Source of the DNA: Callorhinchus milii
Taxonomy: Eukaryota
Length of the DNA stretch: 64,000 nt
Direction of reading: 5' to 3'
NCBI RefSeq assembly: GCF_018977255.1
Contig: NW_024704742.1
Coordinates: 103,852,001 to 103,916,000 of the forward strand
Part shown: in pieces, positions 10,830 to 25,287 of the stretch
Numbering within the stretch: the first letter of the stretch is position 1
Layout of the letters: each line of letters starts with the position of its first letter
Notes under the pieces: model-generated
Told to the model about the DNA's origin: nothing
What the model saw: the letters and a program-made list of their open reading frames with translations, nothing else
Database searches by the model: none
Translations under genes and position numbers: made by a program

Positions 10830-13800
10830 GCAGAGCAGGCATCAATAGAAATAGGATTAATCGGATATTAAACAGTGTACTAAAAGAGATTACAAGACCA
10901 CCAAAATAACCATCTATTTGGGGGAGGTAAGCAGGAATTGCTGAGGTTGGAAATATCAAACGTGTTTGGTCAACTGGGTGTCTGACTCACACAGAACTCC
11001 ATCACAGGCAAACAGTATCAAAATTTTCCCTTTGACAGTATTCTCTCCCCAGAGGCATTAACCTTGCTTACTTAGGGAGAGGGAGAAAGGGGGCACTCAG
11101 GAATGAATGTTTAACAACAATCTGGTGAACCAGAAGTCTGCCATCTTTTTAATGCAGGTAGTAAGCCAACCAGTTATGCACATGTCATTGAAACCAGCTA
11201 TTGCAGTCTCACCATAAAATGGGTTGGGATTCTACAGACCCTAAACAACTACATTATAACAAGGCTCTACTGTTAGTTCTTTTCCATCTATCCTCTTAAA
11301 CCCTTTTATTACCATAAACATTTCCATCATATCACACCTCAACTTTCTCTGTTGCGATAGAAAGTGTCCAAGTTTCTCCAATCACTTTTCACTACTGTGC
11401 CCTGATCTCTGTATCATCCTTGTGCATGTACAATGTACCATCTCTATAGATTTAATATCCTCTCTAGTGCAGCATTCACTACTGCACATAATATTTCAGC
11501 TGCAACTTCACAGACATCTTGGTGAGGTAAGGTTGTAGGTAGTGTTGTACATCACATTTTATTATGCATGATGACTTGATATCTGCACTGTTTTCATATC
11601 CACAGTGGGACAGTCCCAGTTAGTGCGCATATTGGGAGTTATACTGTTCCATGAAAGTTATCAGTGGTTTATGAGTAAAGTTCAATGTTTATAATTATTA
11701 TTCCATCTATTTCATGAAAGAGAATCAAACAACCACCATCACCACAACAACTTGCATTCATATACCACCCTTCACACAAGTAGCATCTCAGAGTGTTTAA
11801 CATCGGCGAAGCTCGAGACCAAGCCAGAAAGAGAGGGTGAGAAGTGCAGAATCGAAGAGGAAAGTCTTCAGGTGTGATTTGAAGACAAGCAAAGAGGGGC
11901 TAGACAGAGGGATTGAGGCAAGAAGAAAAACAGGAAATATTGTGAACACGAAAGGGAAGACAAAGTTAAAGAACAAGAACAGAAAAGAAGAAAATAAATT
12001 GAAAATGCCAAGCAGGCAGAAAAAAAATGGGAAGTCATTTCCAAATCATATACTTGTGTTTATACTTATTAAAACTCCAGTTACAATCCTGCTCACAGTG
12101 AAGTAGCTAGTCATCAACAGCGTCCTGGCTCTCACAGTAGGAAGAGGATGCACTAAAAACCTGGCAGCTGTGAAGACAATCACATCCATATGGGATCAGA
12201 ATGACTGCAGACACGCATGGTAATCTTCTACCTATATACATTGTTAAATTGTGGATCTAAACAAATTTCAATGGATTTATACTTATTTAATCCCACAGAG
12301 GAATTAAAATTTCCATTCCCGCATATAGACTCCTACCGGCCCACTCTGCTGCCATGGCCTCACTTTGTTTGTTGGCCTTCAGTGGGTAGGTATATGACTC
12401 AGTTTGAATCCCACAAATAGAAGATAGCTTATTCGCAATCTTCTGCTCACGAGATTCAAACAGTTCCAATGCCGATATCGGCATTTTTATGATTTTCTGA
12501 TGCAATACGTATAACTAAAACAGGAAGCAATGACAATTGCAACCAGTTGATCCAAACCATTCAGCTATTTCAGCTTCATTGCAAGGTTTTACCAATGTCA
12601 CTTCCTGCTTCAACAACAATAACCAAAACAAGGACTTGCATTTATATAGAGCCCCGGAGCTCAGAAAAGCGCCCCGGAGCGCAGGGCAGTGTGTTGTTTA
12701 AAATCAATGACCATGATGAGTCAACAAGAACGATGGAGAAATTTAGTGAAATTCCTTCTTCCTCTGCTAGAGGGTATAATTCACAGGAGACTTTCTTAAA
12801 TTAAGTCTGCAGGCTATTGCATACAGATAGACCTTCACAAATTTAGCCAATCTACATCTGACCTGGAAACGAGCCAATTTCTCCCGACGTCGTGCTGCAG
12901 TGACATGACACTGAAGCAGCATATATTCATGATTTTACATGATTTTATGTAAGTGTACAATTTACTTCTTACAAATCAAACCCCACACTAGTTATGGTTT
13001 CCTCTAGTAAATACTTTATTAAAATCCAAAAATAATCTTTAAATCAACATTCTATTATATCCCAATACATTTCAGTCATATTGCTTTACATAAAGCACAT
13101 ATATTTCACCTTTGCAAGTACGTTGGTAAATTGAAGTCTCCTGATACTTATTTTACATTAGATTACAGTTATATTGATTTGGATCATTTACAATTCACAG
13201 GGAGTTTATATAATCCAACACGAGGTACGCCCCCCTAATGCAGGTTTATTCAGGTTTGATATACAGGTTGAGTGGTGGATGTAGTGTACTGATTGACATT
13301 ATTACAGGTTTTGTCAATACAAACATGCTTTTGTGTGGGATTGTCCTTGTGTCCTCATTTTAGATTCATGGCTGATGCACCAAGCTTCATCACATCACTC
13401 AACAGTCTCAGACTATAGAATATGCAAATTCACAGCAGGTAACCCTGAACAAGTGCTTAAATCAGGTTTCAAGCAGAACAAAAGGTATTAGACCAAGATG
13501 ATTATTCCGCAGCAACGCTCAGTGTGTACCCAAAAAATAGTATCTCAGAACCAGGTCCCAACAAACTTCATTATTTCTGCATAATTATTATATTATCTAA
13601 TTATAATGAAGCCTCCATAGCTAGATGTCTATTAATAGGCAAAGTACGGTTTGCCTAGAAATAATATTTCCGTTATTGTAGTCAAAACACAACACATCCT
13701 TAACCCCTTCCCGAGCTCTGAATAGCTCTGTTTTGCCTCAGCTCTGCAACATCATCCACTTCTGCCTTTACTCACTTGCCATCCTCTTCCCCCTCCCCTC

Positions 13801-15506
13801 CAATTTGCTCTGGTCCTCATCCACACCAACAGCAAAATGCATTTACATAGCACCTTTGTAATTAATAACAATAATCCTTGCACTTGATATAATGCGTTAT
13901 CACTTAGTTAAGATGTCTCAAAGCATTTCCCAGGAGAAACTGCAAAGTTTATATTTATAGGCAAAAAAATATATATGAAGGGTGCCCTATGAGATGTCTC
14001 TTGCCAAGGGTGAAGACCCCAAGGTTATCTAATTGCTGCTCGAAGCTTATTCCTCATTGCTTGTGTCTGTACTTCCTCTGGAGTCTGGACAGCCCCCTTA
14101 AGTCATGGTAGCCAGAACAGTACACAATATTCCAGACGTTCTTTGAGACACCAGAGCTCTGTACATCCCAGGCACATGTTGATCTGAACTCCACTAATTG
14201 GGTAGTATAACAGCATTCTGTTGGCTTCATTTGCTGCTGCCTCAGTCTTACATTTTTGATCACACATTCAGTCGCCTTTTCCTTTCCCTCCTCACTGAGG
14301 TCATGCTCGCAGTCAGCTTTGTGAAGCACTTTGAAAAATCATCTCAACATGAAAGGTGTTATATAAACAAAATCTGTTGTTGGATCATTGAATCTCCCCA
14401 TTTACAGTGAATTGTAGGGTTACAAGTTTCAGATATTTTATTATTCATTTTTAGCTAAGGGCTCTCTTTAGTAGCATTGGCAAATCATCTCAATAAATTT
14501 AGATGTTTGGGATTGTGATGTTCCCAACAAATGGTGCACAGTTGTATCCACAAAAAGCAGGTTTATGTAGTAACTGGTCTGCCTTCAATTCATATGGAAT
14601 GTTAGCAATAAAAATATACTACATGAACTGTGCATATTTTGGTGAAGAAATCAAAAATAGAAATGAGCACAAACTTCCTAAACATTACACACTATGAATC
14701 CAAAAATTTGGCATTTGGTGAATTCTACATTTACAGGAAAATTATATTTATGAGAACTTCCTGTGCATTGGGTTTTGTTTCATGTGGAAATACATTAAGC
14801 AGGAATAAACATTCATCTCCAGAGGTAATATTTTACATTTCTTAATTTTGTATTCACTACCAAGCATGCTTACCAACTCAATTTTTTTCTATTTAAAGTT
14901 AATTATGGAAACTGAAAAATATTATGTACAGACTATATATTATGTAATGCAAAGCAGAGAAAACCTGATGTATGAAATAGGTAAACAGTCAACTGAAAGG
15001 AAAATAGCAAAATTAAAACCTATACATTTACGAAACATTTGCAGTGTCTTTGTAAACTTGAAGTCAACATATAAGGTAGGGAGAATATTCAAATTATTTT
15101 TTCACAGGATTAAATCAAAATTAGAGCAGTCATAGAAGCATAGATGATATCCATATATTGTACAGCACAGAAACTAGCCATTGGCCCAGCTGGTGTATGT
15201 CACCTATACTATATTAGAATATCCAACATAAAAAAAACACTCCAGTTAAAATTCTGGTGGAATATTTTGATCTTGCTCTTCCAAAAGTGATTGCAAACAG
15301 TTTACATTATAGGTTGAAACATGGAATTTATTTAATATTCTTTGAGACTCAAATTCATTCAAATACTCAACCTTGCTTAAAACAAGGGAATGGAAATGGA
15401 AAAGAAACACAGATGTTGTAAATTGAGGTTCCACAGCAACAATCAGATGTGGGAGATCCACTGTAAAATTATACTGCAGTTTTTTTTACAGCAGTTTTCC
15501 TCAGAC

Positions 15507-15507
15507 N
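15507..15507. other. Ambiguous base (N) in the assembly
   Basis: Single n next to a T run. Confidence 0.95.
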
Positions 15508-16508
15508 TTTTTTTATTTGGCACACTGGCATCCGACTACAAAATGACAAATCTTGTTACCACGTAATAATCTGTCTCCCTTTCGCCATTCAGTATTATCA
15601 CTCACAACTAAATATTTATTGTAGAGTTTAAACACAGGCATGCGCTGGTTGAATGAATGGCTAGTTTCTGTGTTGTAATCAAGAAATAACAATACTATGG
15701 TTCAGCTAATACGTGTTGTGTTATTGACTCGTGTCCACAAGGAATTTGAAACTGCCTAAACTCGTTTACTACCATCTGGGAGAATACTTTCATCCAATTA
15801 GTGGAGGCTCAATTTGAACCCAGATGTAAGATAAGAGGTCAATGTTCACTGCATCACCCATTCCCTCAAAAATAGGGTCGAATTTTGAAACAAAATACTG
15901 TATGTCAATCACCAAATTTCATTCCTCCATATACAAATAAGTTTACAACCATTTGCAGAGACATTGAAAATCCTAGATATTTAAATTGTAAAGCAACGAT
16001 GTTTAAAGCAACAACAGAGCATAAATATCCACCACAATAAGATGATTTGGAAACCCTTCATTAATGTACAACTGAATATATGTCTGTACAAGTAATTAGC
16101 ATTGTGCTCCTCTTTCCTCCTGTGCTTTTACTTTTCCTCTTGATTATCCATTCTACTGGTCTTGTAAAGTTGATTAACTACTGCCAAACAATCTATAATT
16201 TACTCACTTAATTATCACCCATCTCTACGGTTTACTCACTCAATTATAAGCCTCCTTGATTATTGGTATGATTTTCTTCAGGACTGTTAATCACTGCTTA
16301 CAAGTACACAGAAAAGAATAACAGAAGCAAAGCAGAAATAAATATAAAATCTAGGTAGAAAAGAAATGTGAGAACATATAATTCAGTTTCAAAGGTATCC
16401 ATTTTCCCTTTAAATCTCACTGCCTTTACCAACATCCTAGCAACACCTCTAACAAGAGGTACAGTTGTGTGCAATTGGCAATCACTACACTTTACAGTGT
16501 ATTAATCC

Positions 16509-16811
16509 TAATAATAATCCTTGCATTGATATAGCGCTTTTCACGTCTTCTAGACATCTCAAAGCGCTTCACAGAATATACTGTAAAGTGAATTGACTGT
16601 ATATTTGTGGGCGAAACGCGGCAGCCAATTGTGTACAGCAGTGTCCCATAAACAGTCTGGATTAAAGTGACCAATTTTATTTTTTTCCTTGAGGGATTAT
16701 TATCAGTCATGTGGAGTAAGGAAACTTGTCCAAGATTTCGCCCTGCCGGGAATCAAATCCAGGTCTCTCACTTGCGAGGCGAGTGCTCTAACCACTGAGC
16801 TACAGGACTCC
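16509..16811 (-). mobile_element. Full-length copy of the same tRNA-derived SINE
   Basis: Reverse complement of 33067-33390. Further long copies at about 31653-31906(-) and 41628-41975(-), and many 3'-only fragments (e.g. 4545-4660, 18765-18892, 29935-30088, 38020-38193, 45410-45517, 59812-59920). Confidence 0.92.
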
Positions 16812-19614
16812 TACAGGAATTGTAATAACAGTAATGCATTTTATAGATCTAAAAGAAAAGAACTTTCATTTTTATAGCACATTATAACATCAAAACATCA
16901 TTAAGCACTTCACAAGTAATTACTCACAAGTAATTGTAGGAAAAGGTGGCAGCCAGTTTTGCACCAAATCCCATAAATAACCATGAGTTCTGGGGATACA
17001 AAGATCATATGTTCTAATGCATGAACAATATTCTAATTTACACAGGTTTTATTCCTATTGGCTTCTGACAGAATTACCTACTTTGTTGAGCTGTTACTAA
17101 TTAAAAATAGCCATTATGTAAACAAGAAAATTACAACAATGCAGATTGATATCTCTATTCCAGAACAGTAAAATTAGGCCTTTCCAAAATATTACACAGG
17201 AAAAAGCATGAGGTAGTTCGCAAAAATAAATGATGGCAACCTCAGTCTATAATCAAGACAAAGTTTAAAACATGATTTTAAATATCTAACTGTTCATTAT
17301 TTTCAATGTTGACTTGCCAGAATATAAATTTGCTCAGCCTGGTTGAAAAACTATTTTGTTTTCCTCTCATGCTTTTGAAAAAGGGCTATAATTGTAAAGG
17401 TTTTCCTATGTTTTATAAAATGTAGATATTCTTCCAGGGGGGTTCACTGTTACAGTATGACATACAAATTGACAGAACTATGCACATTGATCAACACAGT
17501 CGATACAAAGTCTGAAGCTAAAACCCTCCTGTTAGCTGAGATTGTGCAAAAGTCCATTAAAACTGTCACAGAGAGCATATCTAGATGGAAGAGTATTGAC
17601 TAAGAGCTTATTGAAGACCGGAGAGCAGCTCCCTAGAGGTTCTAATCAATTGTACAAAAGCAATCTTTCCATAAAGGGTAGGCTGCTGCAGTCAGCCTCT
17701 CAATCTCCCACTTTTGATTCTGGAGAAAAATGCAATATCAAAGCTTCAGTTTTTATGCTTTCAAACAATACACTGCACTATGAACAACAGTAAAGATTCC
17801 ACAAGTGCCACCGGCTTTTATAATTCTAAGTGAAAATTAAGTAATTGTGTACAAAAGTATCCACATTTTAAGAAGTCTTTGACCTGCCGAAAACATGTTA
17901 TGAGTTCGATTTTGTTCCAGTATCTTTCTCGCAACAAATGTTACAAATCAATTTTATCCAGATAAGATGTTATTCATATGAATATCCATAATCTTTTTAA
18001 TGGGAAAACAAATTTCCCAAAGAAGACAATTCTGCAACTCAATCACCTACAAATTAAAGATCATATACCCTTCCCCCTCAACCCCAAACTAAACTAAAAT
18101 AATATCAGTCATGAATTTTATAGTTTTCATTAGACCGTAGAGCACCCTGCTGTTCACTCTGTACATCTATTATCCAATATTGGTTGCAATAAACCTTTTA
18201 TATTTATAATGTGTGTATATTTGGATATAATGCAAAGCCCTACTATATCCAGTCCTTACAAGTTAATCAGACTCGAGAGTAGCTGTAAATTGGACTAGAA
18301 AATGTAATTTGTCAAACTGCCATTAAAAGTTGGAATTCCTACCTTAGTGTCTTCTTCAGTATGTGTTTTAAAACATCTTCCTCACGCATATGCAAGATGT
18401 TTGACATCCATATATCATAGTATCACCCATGCAACCCTCTCTGCACAGAACAAGTGCAAGTTCTGAGGAAGGAGCCTCATGTTCATTCTGAACCTGAAAA
18501 ATATGAATATGGAGGAATGCCATAGGTAGAAAGGAAACCCCTGGAAGGACTGATTTGGTAGGGTCGTATTTTGATATGTGGAAGAAGAATCAATTCAAAG
18601 AGTAGATAACTATACAAGGAACTTATCATTCTTCATTCTTCACATATTCCAGAATGGGACAAGAGTAAGAACATTTTACTTGGTTCAAATGAGGCATTTA
18701 AAGTCACAATGAATTAAACCAGCTGATAAACAATGACTGGCAGATAGATTCAAACAATAATAATCCTATAATCCTTGCATTTGATATAGCGCTTTTATGT
18801 CTTCTAGACATCTTAAAGTTCTTCACAGAATATACTGTAAAGTGAATTTACTGTATATTTGTGGGCAAAACACAGCAGCCAATTGCACACAGTGCTTAGT
18901 AAAGATATTAGAACAACTGTGGGAAAAGTGTAGGGAAATTGGAATAAAATAGCTCGCTCTGGTAGGAAAGCCTCCCAATCGGAAAGGCACTCTATAAATG
19001 GAAATTTGTATTGTGTATTGGAGTTTCTACTTTACAGATACCTTTGCAGTTGTTTGTGCAGAATGCTGATTTAGACCTTCTGGAATGGTCTACAATTCTC
19101 ATACTATTTACCTGCCAAACGATAAAGACGAACAATCAGAGCGACAAAGATCCTTGAATGGGAGTACGCTCCACTGCAAACCAGCAAAGCACCCAGCAAA
19201 AAAGAGTGAAAATCTGATCCAGCAGCAGTCAGGTCTGAGAAAATGACTACATCAGCACAGCACATTACTAGAATGTCAAAAAAGATCATTCCCAAGACCA
19301 ATATAAAGATGAACAGCCCACATAGTATAAATACCATCAAGGAAGTGCTAATCGGCAAAGAAAATATGCCTTATTGTAGATATTAAAGTAGCATGTAAAG
19401 AAAAACTAGACAGATTGCACATTTGGTACTGCAACACTATTTTAACTCTTGACACATCATTGACAGTTGGGAAGTGCTTCTTCTTCTACTCATCATTCAC
19501 TTTTTGCCTTTTTGTGGGACACTGCTGTGTAAATTTACTGTTACGTTCTCTTTCTCTAACAAAACACAGTTATTACATTTTACAGTATATCCTGTAAAAC
19601 ATTTTAAGGATAAA

Positions 19615-20240
19615 CGTGGTAAACTTCCACATGTATGCAGATGACACACATATCTACTTTGCCTCCTTCAGTATCGACTCCAGGTCCGCCGATGTTCTAT
19701 CAGCTTGTCTGGCAGACATCAGTGCCTGGATGAGTGCAAACTTCCTGCAGCTAAATGTGGACAAGACAGATGCCGTGCCATACTCCTTGGCTCCCATCAA
19801 CATCTTCACTCCTGCAGATCTGACATCTGTCATACCTTCCCCACATCCGGTCCCTGACCAGGACTGTCTTCCTCCACCTTCGCCACATTGCCCAACTCCG
19901 ACTGTACCCCAAATGTGCCTGGATTACTCAAACGCACTCCTCACTGGTCTCCCCAGCTCCACTATTCAAAAAATCCAGCTCATTCAGAACTCTGCTGCCT
20001 GATGGTCACGAACCAAACTCCATACCCCCATCTCACCAGTCCTGGCCAGGCTCCACTGGCTCCCCATCACCGAACAGACTGACTCCAAGATCCTCATACT
20101 CGTGTTCAAATCACTTCGATCCTTGGCACTTCCCTACCTCTCCAACTTCCTCACTCCCCAATCCACCACCCGACTCCTCCACTCGACTGGCATCAGCCTC
20201 CTGCTTGTCCCTCGCACCCTCTGCTCCGCCATTGGACGTC
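19615..20240 (+). mobile_element. L2 fragment of a second, diverged subfamily
   Basis: [41 protein letters not shown] motifs. Confidence 0.85.
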
Positions 20241-23237
20241 TACTGGCATTAAACACGGGTTTGCATTCCCAAAATTAACTTGGGTTAAGATATTGAATAA
20301 GCATTGATGCAATACATATCAGCCTGGCTAATATTGTACTGAATTAGCAGGTTGTGTCCCTCCAAGGAAGGAGTATTCATTCCATTCAAGACAAAGGGAC
20401 ATTTCCATTTGTATACGGCATACTATTGCCGTGGAATTCTCATTCCTTCTCAATATGTGGAAGTTTGAATACTTGTAAACATGTTATGGGTTTACGTATG
20501 TTTTAGACAGCCAACTAACCACAAAACACAGTGTTTGGGGTTCATAAAATTAGACATTTATAACAAGATTATGAAAAATTGTCTGTCAGTCCCGCTTCCA
20601 CCTCAGCGGAGTGCGATTGACTCCACTTTTAGCGCAAGAAACAGTCGTGAGAGTAGTCATACTTTACTGGCCAGTTTCCTATGCACTGTACATACAAACT
20701 TGGCCAGACCATACCAGAAGCAGGAAGTGTATCATACTGAACATCTGAGTTGTAAGTGGACTTTCACCATGACATTTGTTTCAACAGGGTCAACCTGTAG
20801 TCTAGATGGAATCATAATCCTCATAAATGAGGTGTCTGGGCATCTATTTTCCTCTGCCCCTGCTCTAGTAGTCAGGAGTTGACAAATTCTGAATAACTCA
20901 ATCCTTTATTTGTAACACTACCAGAAATGGGATAATTAAAGCACTGAACCCAATATGTTCTAAAACATAACATTCAAAATAAAGACATTAAACTGAGCAG
21001 TACAAGACCTTCAACCACATTTCATTAAACACAAAGTAGAATTCATCAAAATTGTTTCTGCATAGACAAGAGCATTATTCTAGAATAATACTGTAGTAAA
21101 ATTGATTATATATGCAGATTAACATTGCATTTCCACTGTGATATACAGATGGCACGAAACAACTATAAAAGGATTAACTCTTCAAGTGCAGAAATTAAAA
21201 TATGTTTTTCAACAATCGAGCCCTTGGTTCAAGCACTCCAAACCATATTATAACAATGAAGTCAACAAAACAGAACCAAATTCCCAAAATCTAGGCAATA
21301 CACAGGATGATAAAAGGATAAAGTACAGAACAAGAATTGTAGTGTACTAATTCAAAAGTAAACATGAAATAAGTTAATAAACATTTTAAAAACAGATATA
21401 GAACCTACTGTAAAACATTTCTAAATCAAATAACAATTCTATGAAAATGCTGACACCACTTTCAGTGGTAAAAACACTTATTATGATCAAATTATTTTTG
21501 TGCACTCCAAACAACACCCTAAAGCAATGACCATTATACATAGAACATGAGAGCATGCTCCTTCCACAGTGTACACAATGTACCACTATTCCATTTATCT
21601 AATCTCCTGAGTAAAGTTCTGCAAAATTTCTCCCTGAATTCCCAAAAGTAATTAATGGATTTTTTTGTACTGCTGGAAACAATGTACTATCATTTCCAGC
21701 AAATGAGTGATTTGAATGGAAGTCAAATTTGTAATTCGCGCTCTAAATTGCTAACACAGCAGAAGGGGAAGCTGAGAAGTATAAGCTATAAGATGTCCAG
21801 GGTTCCACTAAGAACAACTTGTCAGCTGTTTGCCAGTAGTATAATAAATAATATTATTCCTTGCATTTGATATGTAAGGTTATCAGGTTGTTGAAACTTC
21901 TCAAATCGCCTCAGAATATATTGTAGAGTGGATTGACTGCATTTTGTGAGCGAACAGTATGGCCAGCTGTTTGTATAGATGATATTTTCTTGCAACCAGT
22001 TTGTCAATTAATTATTTCTAGCCTTTCTTCAAAAGCATTATCCCAAAATATGTTCAATCCAGTTCCCGTACATTTATCTAATTTAACTTTGAATCAGTTA
22101 TAATGCCCTTCACGAGGGGGAGATCTCGGAACGCTGAATAATGGCATAGTTTGATGCCGAGTTGTCAATTATTAAATTATTAAAGAGCTAAGAGTTCATA
22201 ACAGCTCTTTAATGACACTAAAACACTTACGAGCCTTCCTTCCCAAGTGTTCTTTTTTAGTTTAAATATTCATTAAATTGGCTACAGTATAATCAGATTT
22301 ATTCTATGGCCAATGGCATTGATTATGATTTGGGGAGTGGAGTTCAAAATGAGTCATTAGTGGCACTCCCCGGAGATCTATCCATCCCCATATCTTTCCA
22401 ATTCAAAAAGGGCTCAACTGTTTGCGCAGTATAAATGATATTTTCTTGGCACCAGTCAACGTTCTATTAATTATTTCTAGTCTTTCTTCACATTTATCAA
22501 AAAAAAACTTTCAATCCAGGTCCCATATATTTATCGTTTATTTTTGAATCAGTAATTGAACACAATACCCATCCTTTTCCCTTATTCAATAATTCAATTG
22601 AAAACAATTCTTCCCATATCTTCCCTGCAGTTTACTAATCTTGCTTTCCAACGCCTTGGGACGTCCTCCCGACGTGAAAGGCGCTATACAAATGTAATTT
22701 TGTTGTTGTTACATTCTAGTTCCAGTCACTGTTCACGTTACATAGTTTGTCTGTGTCTATATTTGACATATTTGTTTAAACCCCTACATTATATCCACAG
22801 AATTAATAATAACATTAAATTACAAAGACTGTTACAGCATGTAAATAGCTTATTTGGCCCAACTGGTTCACGCCAGTATTTATACACCACTTTAGCCTCT
22901 ACTCCTGCAAATCTCTTCTCCCATACCCGTCTATTCCCTTCTCCCCCATGTTTGCAATTCCTTCCACTTCTTCTTGTAATCTTGTTTTTCTTCAAGAAAG
23001 ACAAATTTAGCTCTTGCAAAGCTCTCCCCAGAACTTGGGAGTCCTTTCTTCAACCTCTCATAATTTTAAAGACTCCCCTTAACCTTTTCAGTTCAAGTAA
23101 AAATAGGGTTCTGCCGGAGTCTAACAGAGTCTAACACTTCCTGGCCGGCTTTCCGTCCATCTTGGACCAACCGACCCATGAGGGCTTTGGCTTGCAGGGT
23201 TAATAGGAGCTGATTTGAGAAGAGTCCCTGCTCCTAG

Positions 23238-25287
23238 ATAATAAGACCATTAGACGTAGGAGCAGGAGTAGGCCATTTGGCCCCTCAAGCCTGCCCCACC
23301 ATTTACTAAGATAATGGCTGATCTTCTAACCAAATTCCATTTACCTGCCCCATCCCCATATCCCTTAATCCCTCTATCCTTTAGAAATCTATCAACCTCA
23401 GTCTTAAATATGTTCAAGGACTGAGCATCCACAGCTTTCTGGGGTAGAGAATTCCACAAATTCACTACCCTCGGAGTGAAGGAATGTTTCCTCAACTCAG
23501 TTCGAAAAGGCTGACCCTTCATCTTGAGACTATGACCTCTAGTTTTAGATTCTCCACTAGGGGAAACAGTTTCACGGCATCTACCCTGTCAAGACCCTTA
23601 GGAATCTTATAGGTTTTCTATAAGATCATCTATACTTCTATATTCTAGTGAATATAGGCCTAGTTTACTCAGCCTATCCTCATAGGTCAACCCTCTCATC
23701 CCAGGAACCAACCTTGTGAATCTACTCTGCACCACCTCGAAGGCGAGTTTGTCCTCTTAAATAAGGAGACCCACTCTTGTAGTCTAACCCTTTTGCAACG
23801 AACACCAACATGGCATTAGCCTTCCTAGTTACTTGCTTTACCTGCATACTAACTTTTTGTGACTGGTGTACAAGGACACCCAAATCCCTCTGATCACTAA
23901 CACTACCTAGTCTCTCCCCCTCTAGAATATAATCCGCTTTTCTATTTTTACTACCTAGGTGAATACTTCACACTTCCTCACGTTATACTCCATCTGCCAC
24001 CTTCTTGCCCACTCACCTAGCCTGTCTATTGCCCTTTGCATTCTTCGTGTGTCATCCTCACAGCTTACTCTCCCACCTATCTTCGTACAGTCCGCAAATT
24101 TAGATATGTTAAGTTCTATTTCCTCATCCAACAACAACAACAACAACAACAAGATTCCATTTATAGAGCGCCTTTCACGTCAGGAGGACGTCCCAAGGCG
24201 CTGCACAGTTGGGTCATGACCCGAGCAGGGGGGAAATGGTCAGGGTGAGGGGAGGGAAGGGAGGGAGAGAGGAGGGGGGAAATGGTCAGGGTGAGGGGAG
24301 GGAAGGGAGGGAGCGAGGAGGAGGAAGAGAGTCGAGAGGGGAGCTGAAGGCTCGGTCAAAGAGAAAGGTTTTGAGACCGGCCTTGAAGGAGGAAAGGGAG
24401 GAAGCAAGGCGAAGGCACTGGGGGATGGAGTTCCAGAGCCTCGGGGCTGAGAGGCTGAAGGCCCGACCACCGATAGTAGGGCGGTTGGGGCGGGGGACGT
24501 GGAGCAGACCGGAGCCAGAGGAACGGAGGGTACGGGCAGGTAGGTAGGGGGATAGTAGGTTGGAGAGGTAGGAGGGAGCAAGGCCGTGAATGGCCTTGTA
24601 GGTGAGGATGAGGATCTTGAAATCAAATGATTGATATAGACTGTAAATAATTGAGGCCCAAGCACTGATCTTTGTGGCACTCCACTAGTCACATCCTGCC
24701 AATCTGAGAAGGACCAGTTTATCCCTACTCTCTGTTTTCTTCCTGTTAGCCACTCTCCAATCCATGCTAATTTATTACCTTTAATTCCATGGGCTCTAAT
24801 CTTATGCAACAGCCTTTTATGTGGCACCTTGTCAAATGCCTTCTGGAAATCCAAATACACCATATCTACTGGATTCCCCCCATCTAACCTGCTAGTTACA
24901 TCCCCAAAATAAGATTTGTTAAACATGATTTCCCTTTCGTAAAGCCATGTTGACTCTGCATTATAACATGTTATAATGTTTTAAGTACCCCATGACAACG
25001 TCCCTAATTAAGCACTTTAGAATTTTCCCTCCCACCAATGTCAAGACTAACTGGTCTATAGTTCCCCATTTTTTGTCTCCCATCCTTTTTAAATATCGGC
25101 ATTATGTTTGCAACCTTCCAATCACTGGGAACCATTCCAGAATCCAGGGAATTTTGGAAGATCAAAAACAACCATCCACCATCTCTGCAGTCACCTCTTT
25201 TAAAACCCTAGGATGTAGGCCATCAGGTCCAGGGGAGTCTATCCTATCAATTTTTCTCTTGTAGTATTGCTTTACTGATGTTAATTT
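23238..25287 (-). mobile_element. CR1-clade LINE, 5'-truncated, interrupted by an L2
   Basis: RT motifs VDMVYLDFQKAFDKVPH, GVPQRSVLGP, SKFADCTKIG, C-terminal RVVNLWNSLP, CR1-type 3' end. Flanked by CTCCTAG at 23231-23237 and 25288-25294. Confidence 0.93.
24130..24622 (-). mobile_element. Young L2 3' end nested in the CR1
   Basis: (CAA)7 tail at 24130. Body closely matches the reverse complement of 37135-37375; CR1 coding sequence resumes on both sides. Confidence 0.93.

Noticed and set aside
24240..24926. 228-aa novel RT fusion protein
   Set aside because: Chance read-through from CR1 RT into an out-of-frame nested L2.
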